A model generated the notes under the pieces. It worked only from the letters and a program-made list of their open reading frames with translations. It did not search any database and was not told where the DNA came from. From positions 380,724-444,723 of the forward strand of contig VRVR01000002.1 in assembly GCA_009859145.1 (NCBI GenBank): a stretch of DNA of 64,000 nt, given 5' to 3'. Shown piece after piece: positions 40,323 to 49,470 of the stretch. The number at the start of each line of letters is the position of its first letter. Positions within the stretch are counted from its first letter, which is position 1. Both the position numbers and the translations under genes were made by a program. The DNA is from Andalucia godoyi And28. Taxonomy: Eukaryota > Protista > Jakobida.

Positions 40323-43300
40323 CTAGTCAATCGCTACATAACGCCGAACGTCTTCCTTGGATACGATATCCCACTGGGATGCAACGTCTGGTTCGTTACC
40401 GTCCTTGGTGGCGAGAGTGGAAGCACGGATAAACTCATCGAGCTTGCGCTGCGCCCGGTCAAGCTGCAGCTTGTGCAGTCCGCGGGCCATCGTCTTTAAA
40501 TACAGCGCAAGCAATTTGACAGCAGTCTCCTTGGTCGACAGTTGGGGGTGCTTGAGACCGCCGTGTTGACGGAACAGTTCAGACACGTACAGCATTCCCT
40601 TTGAAACGGTTTCATTGACCCCCGCAATATCCAGATAACCCGCAGCGGGAATGGCAGCGGGGTCCATGGGAATTGTTGGCTGCTTGTCTTCTTCATCATC
40701 GAGACCAAGAGCAGACCACGAGGAAACCTTGGCTTGAATGGACGCCGGGAGTTTTCTACCGGCAAACTTCCATGGCTCCAGCAGAAACTTGCTTCGATCC
40801 GCATCGTCTGCAAAAGCAAAGATCTTGCCTTCGTACACGGCAGCGACAGAGAGAGATCCGCGGAGCAGCGACACTGGAGAGTAGCCGTGCAACGCAAACG
40901 ACGATCGCTTTGCTGCAGCCAATCTGTTCATGGCAGGGATTGATGGTAGAGACGTTGGCAACGGCTTCATTGCGAGCGCAGAAACAAGCGCGTGTGCATG
41001 ATCAAAGAAATACTGCATCTTTTCCGACGACGCTGTGGCAAAGTAGCGTACTCGTTGTGCACCTCCGTCATTGAACGCAACGTAGAACTCACGGCCAAGG
41101 TCCGAGGAACAGTCGACCAACAAGCCATCTCGAATCCAGCTTACAATGCAGTACGATTTCATCGGACTTGCGCTGATCGTACGAGTGAACTCGGATGACT
41201 TGATCGGGAGCCGATAAATGCTGTACATGCTGTTTGCGTTCTGCTTTGCCGTACGAATGGAATTTCGCAGAGACTCGCATGAGCTGACAATATCGGATCG
41301 AAGTTTCCACAGCTGCGCTCCCTCCGATGATATCTGGTTCACGAATGCCGGGCAGAATACATTGGAAGAACGGAACCTGCTAGCTCGCAAGGCATGACGA
41401 CTCTGATCGGCGAGAACCAAGCCAGAAGGAATGAGATAGAACACACAATGAATTCCATATCGTTCATAATCATTGGCAACCTGCTCCATGTCAAAGTCAT
41501 CATCAATAAGGAAACCGCGGGAAATGCAATCTGCTTCACAAACCACAGAGTCCAGCAAACGAAGCCACAGATCGGATGGAATCACGGCTCCTGTCTTCAG
41601 GATCCGCGTCGGCTCGCCTTGCAGGTAATAGAAGTCTTCAAGAATCGAACGGGCCGAAATGTAGCGCAAGCCAAGACGATCCGCAACACTCTTCGCAAGA
41701 ACACGGTCTCCTGAGTGCAGCAAGATTCTGATCGGTTCCGGGTTTGATGTTGTTGAGACGGCTTGGCTCTCGGAAACCCTTTCTTTCGTCGAAGAAGCAC
41801 AGAAATCAAGAATACCAGACTGCAGCCACTGGGAAACATGCGCGTAGAGCACTCCTGTGAGGAGCGTTCCAGGAAACTCAACCAGATTGGGGCAGACAGA
41901 AGAGAGCTTCTCCTTTCGCTCACTGACCAATCCATTCGACTCCTCAAACGATGCCCGAAACGTCTCGGTCGGATCAGACATGGGCTCACCTTCCTCCTCC
42001 TCTACTTCCTCGTCACCAGGACGATTCAACTTTGCAAGCCATTCTTTTCCGTCGGGGGTCTTGGTGAATTCATTCTTCCAACGATCTTGTGCCACGTCAT
42101 CCGGGCACGTCAAAACCACAGTAGAGTCTGGCACCACACGCAGCTCGTCAACAAGCAAATTGAACACATTTGATGTCAATAAGTCGGATGAAATGCCGTC
42201 CAGAATGTAACCTCCAGAAGCGTACGGTTCCGACGTGAGCAGAGTAGATACCAACATGGCCGTTCTCCGTGCCTGTCTTTCCACAACAAGTTCCTCCGCT
42301 TCCGGCTCCTCTTCAGGCTCGGCCTCCTCCTCACCGTCATCCGCTGGTGGATCTGTACCCTCTGCAACTGCAGCCGCAGCAGCAGCATCCCTCGCCAACT
42401 TTCGCTCATGCGCTCGCTTCTTCTTCTCAACATCCTTGTCCACGTTTCTCATTTCATCCTCCATAATGAAACCATTCTGAACCCGGCGAATCATCCTTCC
42501 GGCCACGGAAGCTGGGTCTTCCATCAACGAATCCAGAAACGCCTGAGAAGCCTCCACAACAGGAACGTGCAGGCGCTTCTGCAAGCTCTGGGACAATGTG
42601 GTTTTGCCAGAGTAACGCGGACCCGCAACCCACAACCGCGGGTGATATTCTTTAGAAGCCGGGGACAAAGCAATGATCTGATTCACAAAAGAAAGCGGGG
42701 ACTGCATAAACGCATTTCGGTTGTCTTCGCTGCGAAACCAAAACATTTGAAATGCGCACTTCGCCGCAATGGACGGTTTTCCGGGAACAAACATGGAAGG
42801 ATTCTGAATGAGATCAATCGGATCAAAGATGAATGACGGTCCAAAGGGATACTTTCCGAACTCTCTCCAGTTGACCGATTCCATCGCTGCGTCTTCTCCT
42901 TCAAGAATCTCCAAGGGAGGATAGAAAGGATCTGCAGCGACGTGGGACGGAAAAGTCAACTTGAATTTAGATTCTTCATCTGCTGGAGTCTCGTTCTTCT
43001 CTTCCCCTTCTGCGGGGGCGGGCTCTTCCTCTTCTTCCCCATCCTCCTTTGGTGGCACAGGGTACTCAATAATGAAATCGGCAAAGTCAGAAATGAGATT
43101 CAGCTCCTTGAACGTAGGTGCATACACGATGTACGCAAAAGTAGCGTCCTGGAAAGACGATCCGCTGGGACTGCTTGACCATTCTCTGTCAACACGTTCT
43201 TTGAGTTGTTCAAATGACTCCTGTTTCACGTGATTCAGAAATGCCGAAACCGAGAGAATAGAAAACAGCGGAAAATGACGCCCAATCTTCTCCGCATCCT

Positions 43301-44930
43301 CCCTGCTCTTTGCGGCAATAACGCCAAAAGACAGCTCGAGCTTGGGAATCACTTCAAAGACGTTGTGCGGATACTGGAGAGAAGGATTGAGAACGAATGG
43401 CACCTCTCGAGCGTACCGCCTTCCGCAAGACACGAATGCATCTCGATTCTTTTCAGTCGAGAAAAAGAACTGTCGACCCCCATGGAATGCAGTGAATTCA
43501 CGAACGTCTTCTGCCACTCGAGAAATTTCATGGAAGTCAACAAAGGAAACAACGTCGTACGTCACAACTTCCACCGGTCTGGTGAATGCAGGAGGCTCCT
43601 GCCCCTCGGGCACCTGAGGCTCCTCCAGCGTCGGAATACTTGCCTTTGCGAATTTGCCGAGGTAGCAAGAAACCAGTTTCAGTACTTCGCTGCGTTTCGT
43701 ATTGCAATTGATGGCGAACCGAAAAGCCTGCGCGTTCACAGGTATATCCAGCTGAGGCTTTTCGAGTTCCTCTTCCGTTGAAGGCGCAATGATGCTGACA
43801 AACTCCTTTGGCTTCGGCTCCTCATCGCCTTCTGCCGCCTCTTCCACCGGCTCCGGATCTTCCTCGATTCCTGCTTGAAGAGCGGCGATTTTTTCCAGCC
43901 TTCTGATTTCCAGTGCAAGGAAATCATCAGGAGAGTATATTTTCCCTGAATTTGCATCCATCTTGACTTCGGAAATGCGCTTGAGCAAGACCCCTGTCGG
44001 GCAATCGAGGTCAATGACGACATTGATCTGAAGTGCAGCAGGCAATGAAGAAAAGTCAAAGCCCTCGGGAAAATCATCAATGACGAAGCCGGCATGTTGA
44101 CTGTGCTTTGAACAAACCTGTGCCGAGAATGCAGCGTACAGCTTCTCTGGAGGAATGAGTGCACCTTTTCGAAGCAACCCCGACAGCTCGGGATTCGATG
44201 CAATGATGCCTGTCATCGACACCAGCAACACGCCCTTTTCTGCAGCAATGTGAGCAGCAACCGTTGACTTTCCAACAAGCGGGCGCCCAATGACGATTGC
44301 ACGCAGGGTTTCCAAAGCATCTGTGGATGTCGTTCGTTGCACCCCTACATGTCTCCTGTACACGCGATTCAGCACATGAACCGGTGGTACAACGTAGCGC
44401 TTTTCTCTGCATGCAAACCACAGATTCCAGTGGAAACTTCTACTCCAGTCCTCGGTCAGCGCAGGATAGTCAAAGTCCACATCTGCAACCTTTGCAGTCA
44501 ATGCAGCAGGCTTCGACGGATCAATTTCCGGAACAGCCGGCACCTCAAACGGGGCATACTTGTAGACAGCCAGTCTATCTTCCAGCTGTGCATTCTCTGG
44601 ATCTTCAAGCAGCTTAGTCGTTGAAGAAATCAGCTTTGGCTTAAAGGTAGCCTTACGCGGCTTCTTCCCAGTGATTTTGAGAAACAGTTCACTTTGCGAA
44701 AGTCCCCAAATGTCGCAAACTCGCGATACATACGCGTCTACATCCTGTGTATGTTCCTCATAGGCTAGCGAGACATCCAGCAAAGCCTCTGGATCTTGAC
44801 CTTCTTCAGGAGCAGACTCCGGTGGCGGAATCGGGAACAAAGCAGCTTGGATCCGCAAGAAGAGCCGAGCAAACTCTTCCTTTGAAATCGTGCCTTTTTT
44901 CTTATCTTTTTTCAGTAGCGTAGAAAACAT
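40323..44930 (-). CDS. AK9: Adenylate kinase 9-like flagellar protein (tandem P-loop and YHS domains), 1535 aa
   Basis: P-loops GRPLVGKSTVA and GPRYSGKTTLS plus a degenerate third; four YHS-like modules (e.g. YSPVSL...YEGKIFAFADDADRSKFLLEPWKF). Confidence 0.82.
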   Translation of the reverse strand: MFSTLLKKDKKKGTISKEEFARLFLRIQAALFPIPPPESAPEEGQDPEALLDVSLAYEEHTQDVDAYVSRVCDIWGLSQSELFLKITGKKPRKATFKPKLISSTTKLLEDPENAQLEDRLAVYKYAPFEVPAVPEIDPSKPAALTAKVADVDFDYPALTEDWSRSFHWNLWFACREKRYVVPPVHVLNRVYRRHVGVQRTTSTDALETLRAIVIGRPLVGKSTVAAHIAAEKGVLLVSMTGIIASNPELSGLLRKGALIPPEKLYAAFSAQVCSKHSQHAGFVIDDFPEGFDFSSLPAALQINVVIDLDCPTGVLLKRISEVKMDANSGKIYSPDDFLALEIRRLEKIAALQAGIEEDPEPVEEAAEGDEEPKPKEFVSIIAPSTEEELEKPQLDIPVNAQAFRFAINCNTKRSEVLKLVSCYLGKFAKASIPTLEEPQVPEGQEPPAFTRPVEVVTYDVVSFVDFHEISRVAEDVREFTAFHGGRQFFFSTEKNRDAFVSCGRRYAREVPFVLNPSLQYPHNVFEVIPKLELSFGVIAAKSREDAEKIGRHFPLFSILSVSAFLNHVKQESFEQLKERVDREWSSSPSGSSFQDATFAYIVYAPTFKELNLISDFADFIIEYPVPPKEDGEEEEEPAPAEGEEKNETPADEESKFKLTFPSHVAADPFYPPLEILEGEDAAMESVNWREFGKYPFGPSFIFDPIDLIQNPSMFVPGKPSIAAKCAFQMFWFRSEDNRNAFMQSPLSFVNQIIALSPASKEYHPRLWVAGPRYSGKTTLSQSLQKRLHVPVVEASQAFLDSLMEDPASVAGRMIRRVQNGFIMEDEMRNVDKDVEKKKRAHERKLARDAAAAAAVAEGTDPPADDGEEEAEPEEEPEAEELVVERQARRTAMLVSTLLTSEPYASGGYILDGISSDLLTSNVFNLLVDELRVVPDSTVVLTCPDDVAQDRWKNEFTKTPDGKEWLAKLNRPGDEEVEEEEGEPMSDPTETFRASFEESNGLVSERKEKLSSVCPNLVEFPGTLLTGVLYAHVSQWLQSGILDFCASSTKERVSESQAVSTTSNPEPIRILLHSGDRVLAKSVADRLGLRYISARSILEDFYYLQGEPTRILKTGAVIPSDLWLRLLDSVVCEADCISRGFLIDDDFDMEQVANDYERYGIHCVFYLIPSGLVLADQSRHALRASRFRSSNVFCPAFVNQISSEGAQLWKLRSDIVSSCESLRNSIRTAKQNANSMYSIYRLPIKSSEFTRTISASPMKSYCIVSWIRDGLLVDCSSDLGREFYVAFNDGGAQRVRYFATASSEKMQYFFDHAHALVSALAMKPLPTSLPSIPAMNRLAAAKRSSFALHGYSPVSLLRGSLSVAAVYEGKIFAFADDADRSKFLLEPWKFAGRKLPASIQAKVSSWSALGLDDEEDKQPTIPMDPAAIPAAGYLDIAGVNETVSKGMLYVSELFRQHGGLKHPQLSTKETAVKLLALYLKTMARGLHKLQLDRAQRKLDEFIRASTLATKDGNEPDVASQWDIVSKEDVRRYVAID

Positions 44931-45452
44931 AACACCACAGTGCAAATTTTTTAAATAAAAGACGACGACGACAACAACAACAACAACAACAACAACAACA
45001 GCAACAACACGGAATCTCCTAGAAGCAAAAAGCAATTTGTATTAATTTCAAAATAATAATAATAATATTGATAATGATAATAAAATATTTTCTGAAAAAA
45101 CAATCGATGATTGTAATCCTTAATTCCATTCATTGTCAAACGATGCAGCGTGAAATTCCCTTGTCAACGGGCAAATCGTTTTCAAAATGCACGATAGTGA
45201 TTGCACGATACAGACTTACTTTCTGATAAAAGAGGCGTTTTTTACCTTATTTTGACACACAGGGTTTTTTTGCGTTTTATTTTGCCGCCCCGCTCAAACT
45301 GCCCAGACGACGATAATAGGTTTCCTTCTTGCAATGCAATTGCGCTTGTGATTTTTCTTTCGATTTTTGGTTTATTGTTTTTGGGGTGTTGCTGGCGTTC
45401 CGTTTTTCTTTTACCAGGACAGCGTCTTCTTGTTTTTCCTATAAAGAGAAGA

Positions 45453-47297
45453 ATGTCGCTCGCTGCAGAGTATGAAGCGCTTGTTGCGATCTATCTTGGG
45501 CACTGCGAGCGATTTGGGGCTCCAAAGGGTCTGGATGCTGTGACTGAGTCTCTGATGGTCGGTTCGTTTTCGTTCGGGTTTGAAAGTTGCGAGATTCCAA
45601 TGAATCAGCTGCAGAGTCTTTCCGAGTTTGTCAATGATGTTGAAATGTCGTACCGCAGATTAAGGAAGCCAAAGAAGGACAAGCCGAGTGTGTGGTCTGC
45701 AATATGTTTGCGCAGCGTTTCGTTTCTTTCTGCTTGCCCATTCTCGGATTCTCCGTTTGACAATCTTTCTATCATGTTGCGATGGGTCCAGCATATTGAT
45801 GTTTCGAATGTTCTTATTGGAAATGAAGGGTGCGCCGACCTCGTCAAAGGATTGTCCAAGAACGAGCACTTGAAGGCGCTGATGCTGGATCAGTGTGGCA
45901 TTTCCGATCACGGACTCGATGCACTTGGGACCTTGTTAACACACTCGGTGCATTCCCTTCTGTGCTTCCGATTTGCGAATTCAGAGTACAAGTCACAGCA
46001 TGCTGTGCAGGCTAGAAAACGAGGACATGACTTTTCAGTCGACGCATTTCGTGATGCACTCAGCGTTCCCAAGCGCAGAGCGTGCGAAAACGCCAACTGC
46101 ACATCTTCCGCTGGGTTTCGTTCCTTGTTGCGCGGGCTTGCGTTCCAAAAAGATTTGCAGTATCTTGATTTTGGAGGAATCATACTTGGAAAACTGGAGT
46201 TTCCGATGATCCCGCATATTTTTGTGGATTCGCTGCAGGTCCTGCATGAGCTGCGAGTGCTCGTGATGCCGAGTGTAGCACTCAACTCATGGGACCACGT
46301 TGACTGGGCAACTGGACTGAACATTATGCACACCTACAATCGAAATCGCGATGTCTTTATTGTGTTTCGAGATATTGCGCTGTCCTTGTCAGACACTGCC
46401 GAGGTTTCTCCGGAAATGCTGGATGGCTCTGCGTTTATCCAACAATCCAGATCGGAGTGGAAGGACAGTGTGTCTGTGGCACATCCCCACTTTGCGCTGC
46501 AGACAGAGTCGTATGCGCGGTCGTTGTCTGATTCCAGTCGCAAGCGAATGACTTCGACTTCTGTCCCGAGTTTGGCATCTTGGATTCCTGTGGCGTCGTC
46601 TCCAAATCTAAACAAGTTGTACAAGACTTTGGAGTCTCCAAGCTCAAAATCAATGTCGAGCCGCAAAGATATCTCATCTTCATCGAGTGTATCGCTTAAG
46701 GACACTCTCGCACAGACGTTTGTGAAGAATGCTCCGCAAATGGCGGCAAAGCCCTCGTCCATCCGCAGGCCAAGCAATCGGTCTGTTCAGGAATTTATTG
46801 ACGACTCCGTGGTCAACCTCATTCCACGAGCTCATGACTTGCTGGTCCGTAACAAGGGCGCATGTTTAGCTCAGATTCCGCAAGACGGCGATGTTTCAGC
46901 GCTGCATGATGAACTGGCACGGTTGAATTCTGTTCTCAGCTTGCTGTCGGTGATGCAAAGGGAGTTGATTAATGCGGAAAAGAAGGCGTCCATGTTTCAT
47001 TCCAATTCCCTTCGTATCCACGTTACACAGGAGGAATACGAGTGGATCAGTGGTTTGTCCAACGAGTTTCGTCAGCTGTCGGACACGTGTGCGCAGCGGA
47101 TTCACGACGTCGAACATGTACAGGGTTCCATTCAAAGGACCATTCGCAAGATATCTTCTTCTTTGAACACCTTCAAGGCTAGCAGCAACAGCATCTCCAA
47201 AAAACGGCCGCAGTCTGCAGTCGTCCGCAAGTCGTCGTTCCAGTCTGGACCGTTGAATGATAACACGTCATTATCATGCATACGGAAGAATACATAA
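45453..47297 (+). CDS. Leucine-rich-repeat (ribonuclease-inhibitor-like) protein, 614 aa; last ~14 codons supplied by a mobile element
   Basis: IDVSNVLIGNEGCADLVKGLSKNEHLKALMLDQCGISDHGLDALG LRRs and a C-terminal coiled coil; the terminal LNDNTSLSCIRKNT* lies inside element copy 3. Confidence 0.8.
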   Translation: MSLAAEYEALVAIYLGHCERFGAPKGLDAVTESLMVGSFSFGFESCEIPMNQLQSLSEFVNDVEMSYRRLRKPKKDKPSVWSAICLRSVSFLSACPFSDSPFDNLSIMLRWVQHIDVSNVLIGNEGCADLVKGLSKNEHLKALMLDQCGISDHGLDALGTLLTHSVHSLLCFRFANSEYKSQHAVQARKRGHDFSVDAFRDALSVPKRRACENANCTSSAGFRSLLRGLAFQKDLQYLDFGGIILGKLEFPMIPHIFVDSLQVLHELRVLVMPSVALNSWDHVDWATGLNIMHTYNRNRDVFIVFRDIALSLSDTAEVSPEMLDGSAFIQQSRSEWKDSVSVAHPHFALQTESYARSLSDSSRKRMTSTSVPSLASWIPVASSPNLNKLYKTLESPSSKSMSSRKDISSSSSVSLKDTLAQTFVKNAPQMAAKPSSIRRPSNRSVQEFIDDSVVNLIPRAHDLLVRNKGACLAQIPQDGDVSALHDELARLNSVLSLLSVMQRELINAEKKASMFHSNSLRIHVTQEEYEWISGLSNEFRQLSDTCAQRIHDVEHVQGSIQRTIRKISSSLNTFKASSNSISKKRPQSAVVRKSSFQSGPLNDNTSLSCIRKNT

Positions 47298-47744
47298 ACA
47301 GACACGGTCAAAAACTGGCCGACACTAGCACGTTTGTTTCACAGGGAATTCATGCTTCCGCACGCACAGGCCCCGCATATTCGACACTCTTTAACACAAC
47401 ATCCGTAGCCATCTATCATTCGTTGGTCTCACTTTTTGCACCGTTTGTTCCATAAGGCGACCGAGTATCGCGAGCGCCATGTTGCCATCGTGACGGAGGA
47501 GTGCACGTCCCATACGTGCGGGCGCTGCGGCGAGATCCATGCACGTCGAGGCGGAAGCAAAGTGTTTGCATGTCCCGCGTGCAGCTCACCGATTGATCGA
47601 GATTGGGAACGGAGCGCGGAACATTTATCTGAAGAACGCCGTGAGGCGTGTTGGGGGCCTATCCCCTTCCCGGCAACGGGATGCAAGATTGAATATGCAC
47701 GTCTATTCGTAGATATGCAGCATGTTCAGTGGATAATGTAGGCG
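47252..47744 (+). mobile_element. Non-autonomous TnpB/Fanzor2-like element, copy 3 (both ends present; C-terminal remnant)
   Basis: WSHFLHRLFHKATEYRERHVAIVTEECTSHTCGRCGE...GGSKVFACPACSSPIDRDW/NGARNIYLKN; left end shared with copy 1, right end shared with copies 1 and 2. Confidence 0.92.
47653..47744 (+). ncRNA. Putative omega-RNA scaffold (right end of element; homologs at 17261-17321 + and 6695-6782 -)
   Basis: Hairpins GGGG-CCTAT-CCCC, TCCCG-GCAA-CGGGA (GNRA loop) and TGCACGTCTA-TTCG-TAGATATGCA overlap the nuclease C-terminal codons, as expected for TnpB/Fanzor guide scaffolds. Expression is not shown. Confidence 0.55.
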
Positions 47745-48045
47745 TCGTCCATCGGGAGTGGCGTCAACAGCCTGAATGCCTCGTTGGACTATGGCTCTGT
47801 CAATCCGAGTCACGACGTCAAGCTGTGAAGGGCTTTGTCCGTGTCCGCATGCTGAACACATTTTCATGGAGGAACTCGAAAGAGGCACTCTGCCTCTCCT
47901 GTCTTAATTTTATCATCATAAAACAACAACAATTTGAATTTTATTCAGGTCCGATGCCGGTTACGATACATGAGGGAAGACGACAGGGACGGGGAAGACG
48001 ACAGGGACGGGGACGCCACAGGTGCCCTTTCTTCGCAGGGCCTCG

Positions 48046-48840
48046 TTACTGCGTTTTCTTCACTGGCCGAACCTTGACGGCCAACAGCGACCTCTCGGCG
48101 TCCACAAGCTGCCAATCATGATGGCACAGCTCAAGATATTCTCGTTCGTTCTCAAGCATGGCCTTGACGGATTGCTGCTGTCCGGGCATTCCCATGCCGG
48201 GCATCATCATCATTGGGTTCATCATAGCCTGGCTTGTTTCCGTCGCAAGGTCCTTTGGCGCCGAGAACAGAAGAGTGACGATTCCTCTCAGACCATACAG
48301 CAGCAAAAAGTACATACTGAGCGACGTAGCATATGAGACATCGAGGCCTGGAAGGTTGATGTCGCGCTGGACAATGGCTCGGAAGCCCTCCATCAGCGGA
48401 AAAGGAAACTTCACAATCACGAATCCGGAGAAAAACGTGGTGAACACGCCCATCATCGCCATGGACGGGATCATTCCCGTTACGTTTCCCTTCATCATAT
48501 CACTCATAGAGTTTGGATCCATGAGCGGATTGACCGGTTCCTGCGCACCACGTTCCGTATCATGCAGTCTAGCAACAAGGTACTCTTTTCTCATTTCAAA
48601 TGCTTCGCGACGCACAAATTTTCCCGTATCACGCAGTCGCTTGGATTTTCGAATCAGCTCTGCTTGTCGCATTTTGCTTTCTGTTTCCTGGACGGACTCG
48701 TGTGGGCTGCGCTGCCGAGGTGACGACTTTAGATAGTCATCAAGATACTGACGACCTGCCATGAACAGAATCATCATCACAATCACCGGTACTAACACCC
48801 ACGTCCGAATCGCTGGATCCAAATTCAGCTCAGCACTCAT
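48046..48840 (-). CDS. EMC3: ER membrane protein complex subunit 3, 264 aa
   Basis: LDPAIRTWVLVPV, FFSGFVIVKFPFPLMEGFRAIVQRDINLPGLDVSYATSLSMYFL. Confidence 0.94.
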   Translation of the reverse strand: MSAELNLDPAIRTWVLVPVIVMMILFMAGRQYLDDYLKSSPRQRSPHESVQETESKMRQAELIRKSKRLRDTGKFVRREAFEMRKEYLVARLHDTERGAQEPVNPLMDPNSMSDMMKGNVTGMIPSMAMMGVFTTFFSGFVIVKFPFPLMEGFRAIVQRDINLPGLDVSYATSLSMYFLLLYGLRGIVTLLFSAPKDLATETSQAMMNPMMMMPGMGMPGQQQSVKAMLENEREYLELCHHDWQLVDAERSLLAVKVRPVKKTQ

Positions 48841-48998
48841 TTCTAAACTCTCCTACTCTCTTACTCTCCAACTCTCACACACACACGCACTTTCTCATTG
48901 CCGTATTAATATAAAAAAAAAGCCGTACTCGTAAAAGAAAATCAAAATCCAACAAACACTCGATTCCCCCCCCTTTCAATAAAGAAAAATAAAATAAT

Positions 48999-49070
48999 CA
49001 AGCATCAAGAACCAAGCATCAAGCATCAAGAACCAAGCATCAAGACTGCAGTTGATTCGCAGTTGATGCT
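48999..49070. repeat. 7-bp tandem array (CAAGCAT/CAAGAAC x7) followed by GCAGTTGAT x2 and an inverted copy
   Basis: caagcat caagaac caagcat caagcat caagaac caagcat caagact gcagttgattc gcagttgatgc t, read directly. Confidence 0.85.
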
Positions 49071-49470
49071 ACTTGACAAGCTCTCTCTTTTTTCTTTTTT
49101 AAACAAAATGGCGCTGATTGACCGACTGTTTTCCACACAAAAAAAAAAAGCAAAAGGATGAGAAAAGAAAAGGCAACAAAACAAAACCAAAACCCAAAAA
49201 GGTTTGTTTCGTTTCATATTGGGTTTTTAGGTTTTGGGTTTTCTTTTTTCTTTTTTCTTTTTTCTTTTTTCTTTTTTCTTTTAATTAAGTCTTTTCTTTT
49301 CTTGTTTTTGTTTTGTTTTTTTGATTTGATTTGATATTTATTTGTTATATATATTTTATTTTATTTTGTAGTTCAGCTTATTACTTTCGCTTCTTTTTTT
49401 TCTTTTCCCCCAGGTGTGCCTCTTGTGAAAGGGCTTTTTGGATTGAGTGCTTTGCTGTGTTTTTTGAAGG

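Noticed and set aside
47252-47741. Element copy 3 acting as a self-removing GT...AG spliceosomal intron (introner-like)
   Set aside because: GTTGAA is unlike the GTAYGY donors seen in this window, and splicing would give a different short frame rather than the inferred native tail.
48999-49047. Possible CRISPR-like array
   Set aside because: 7-bp tandem units with no unique spacers, no cas genes and a eukaryotic context.
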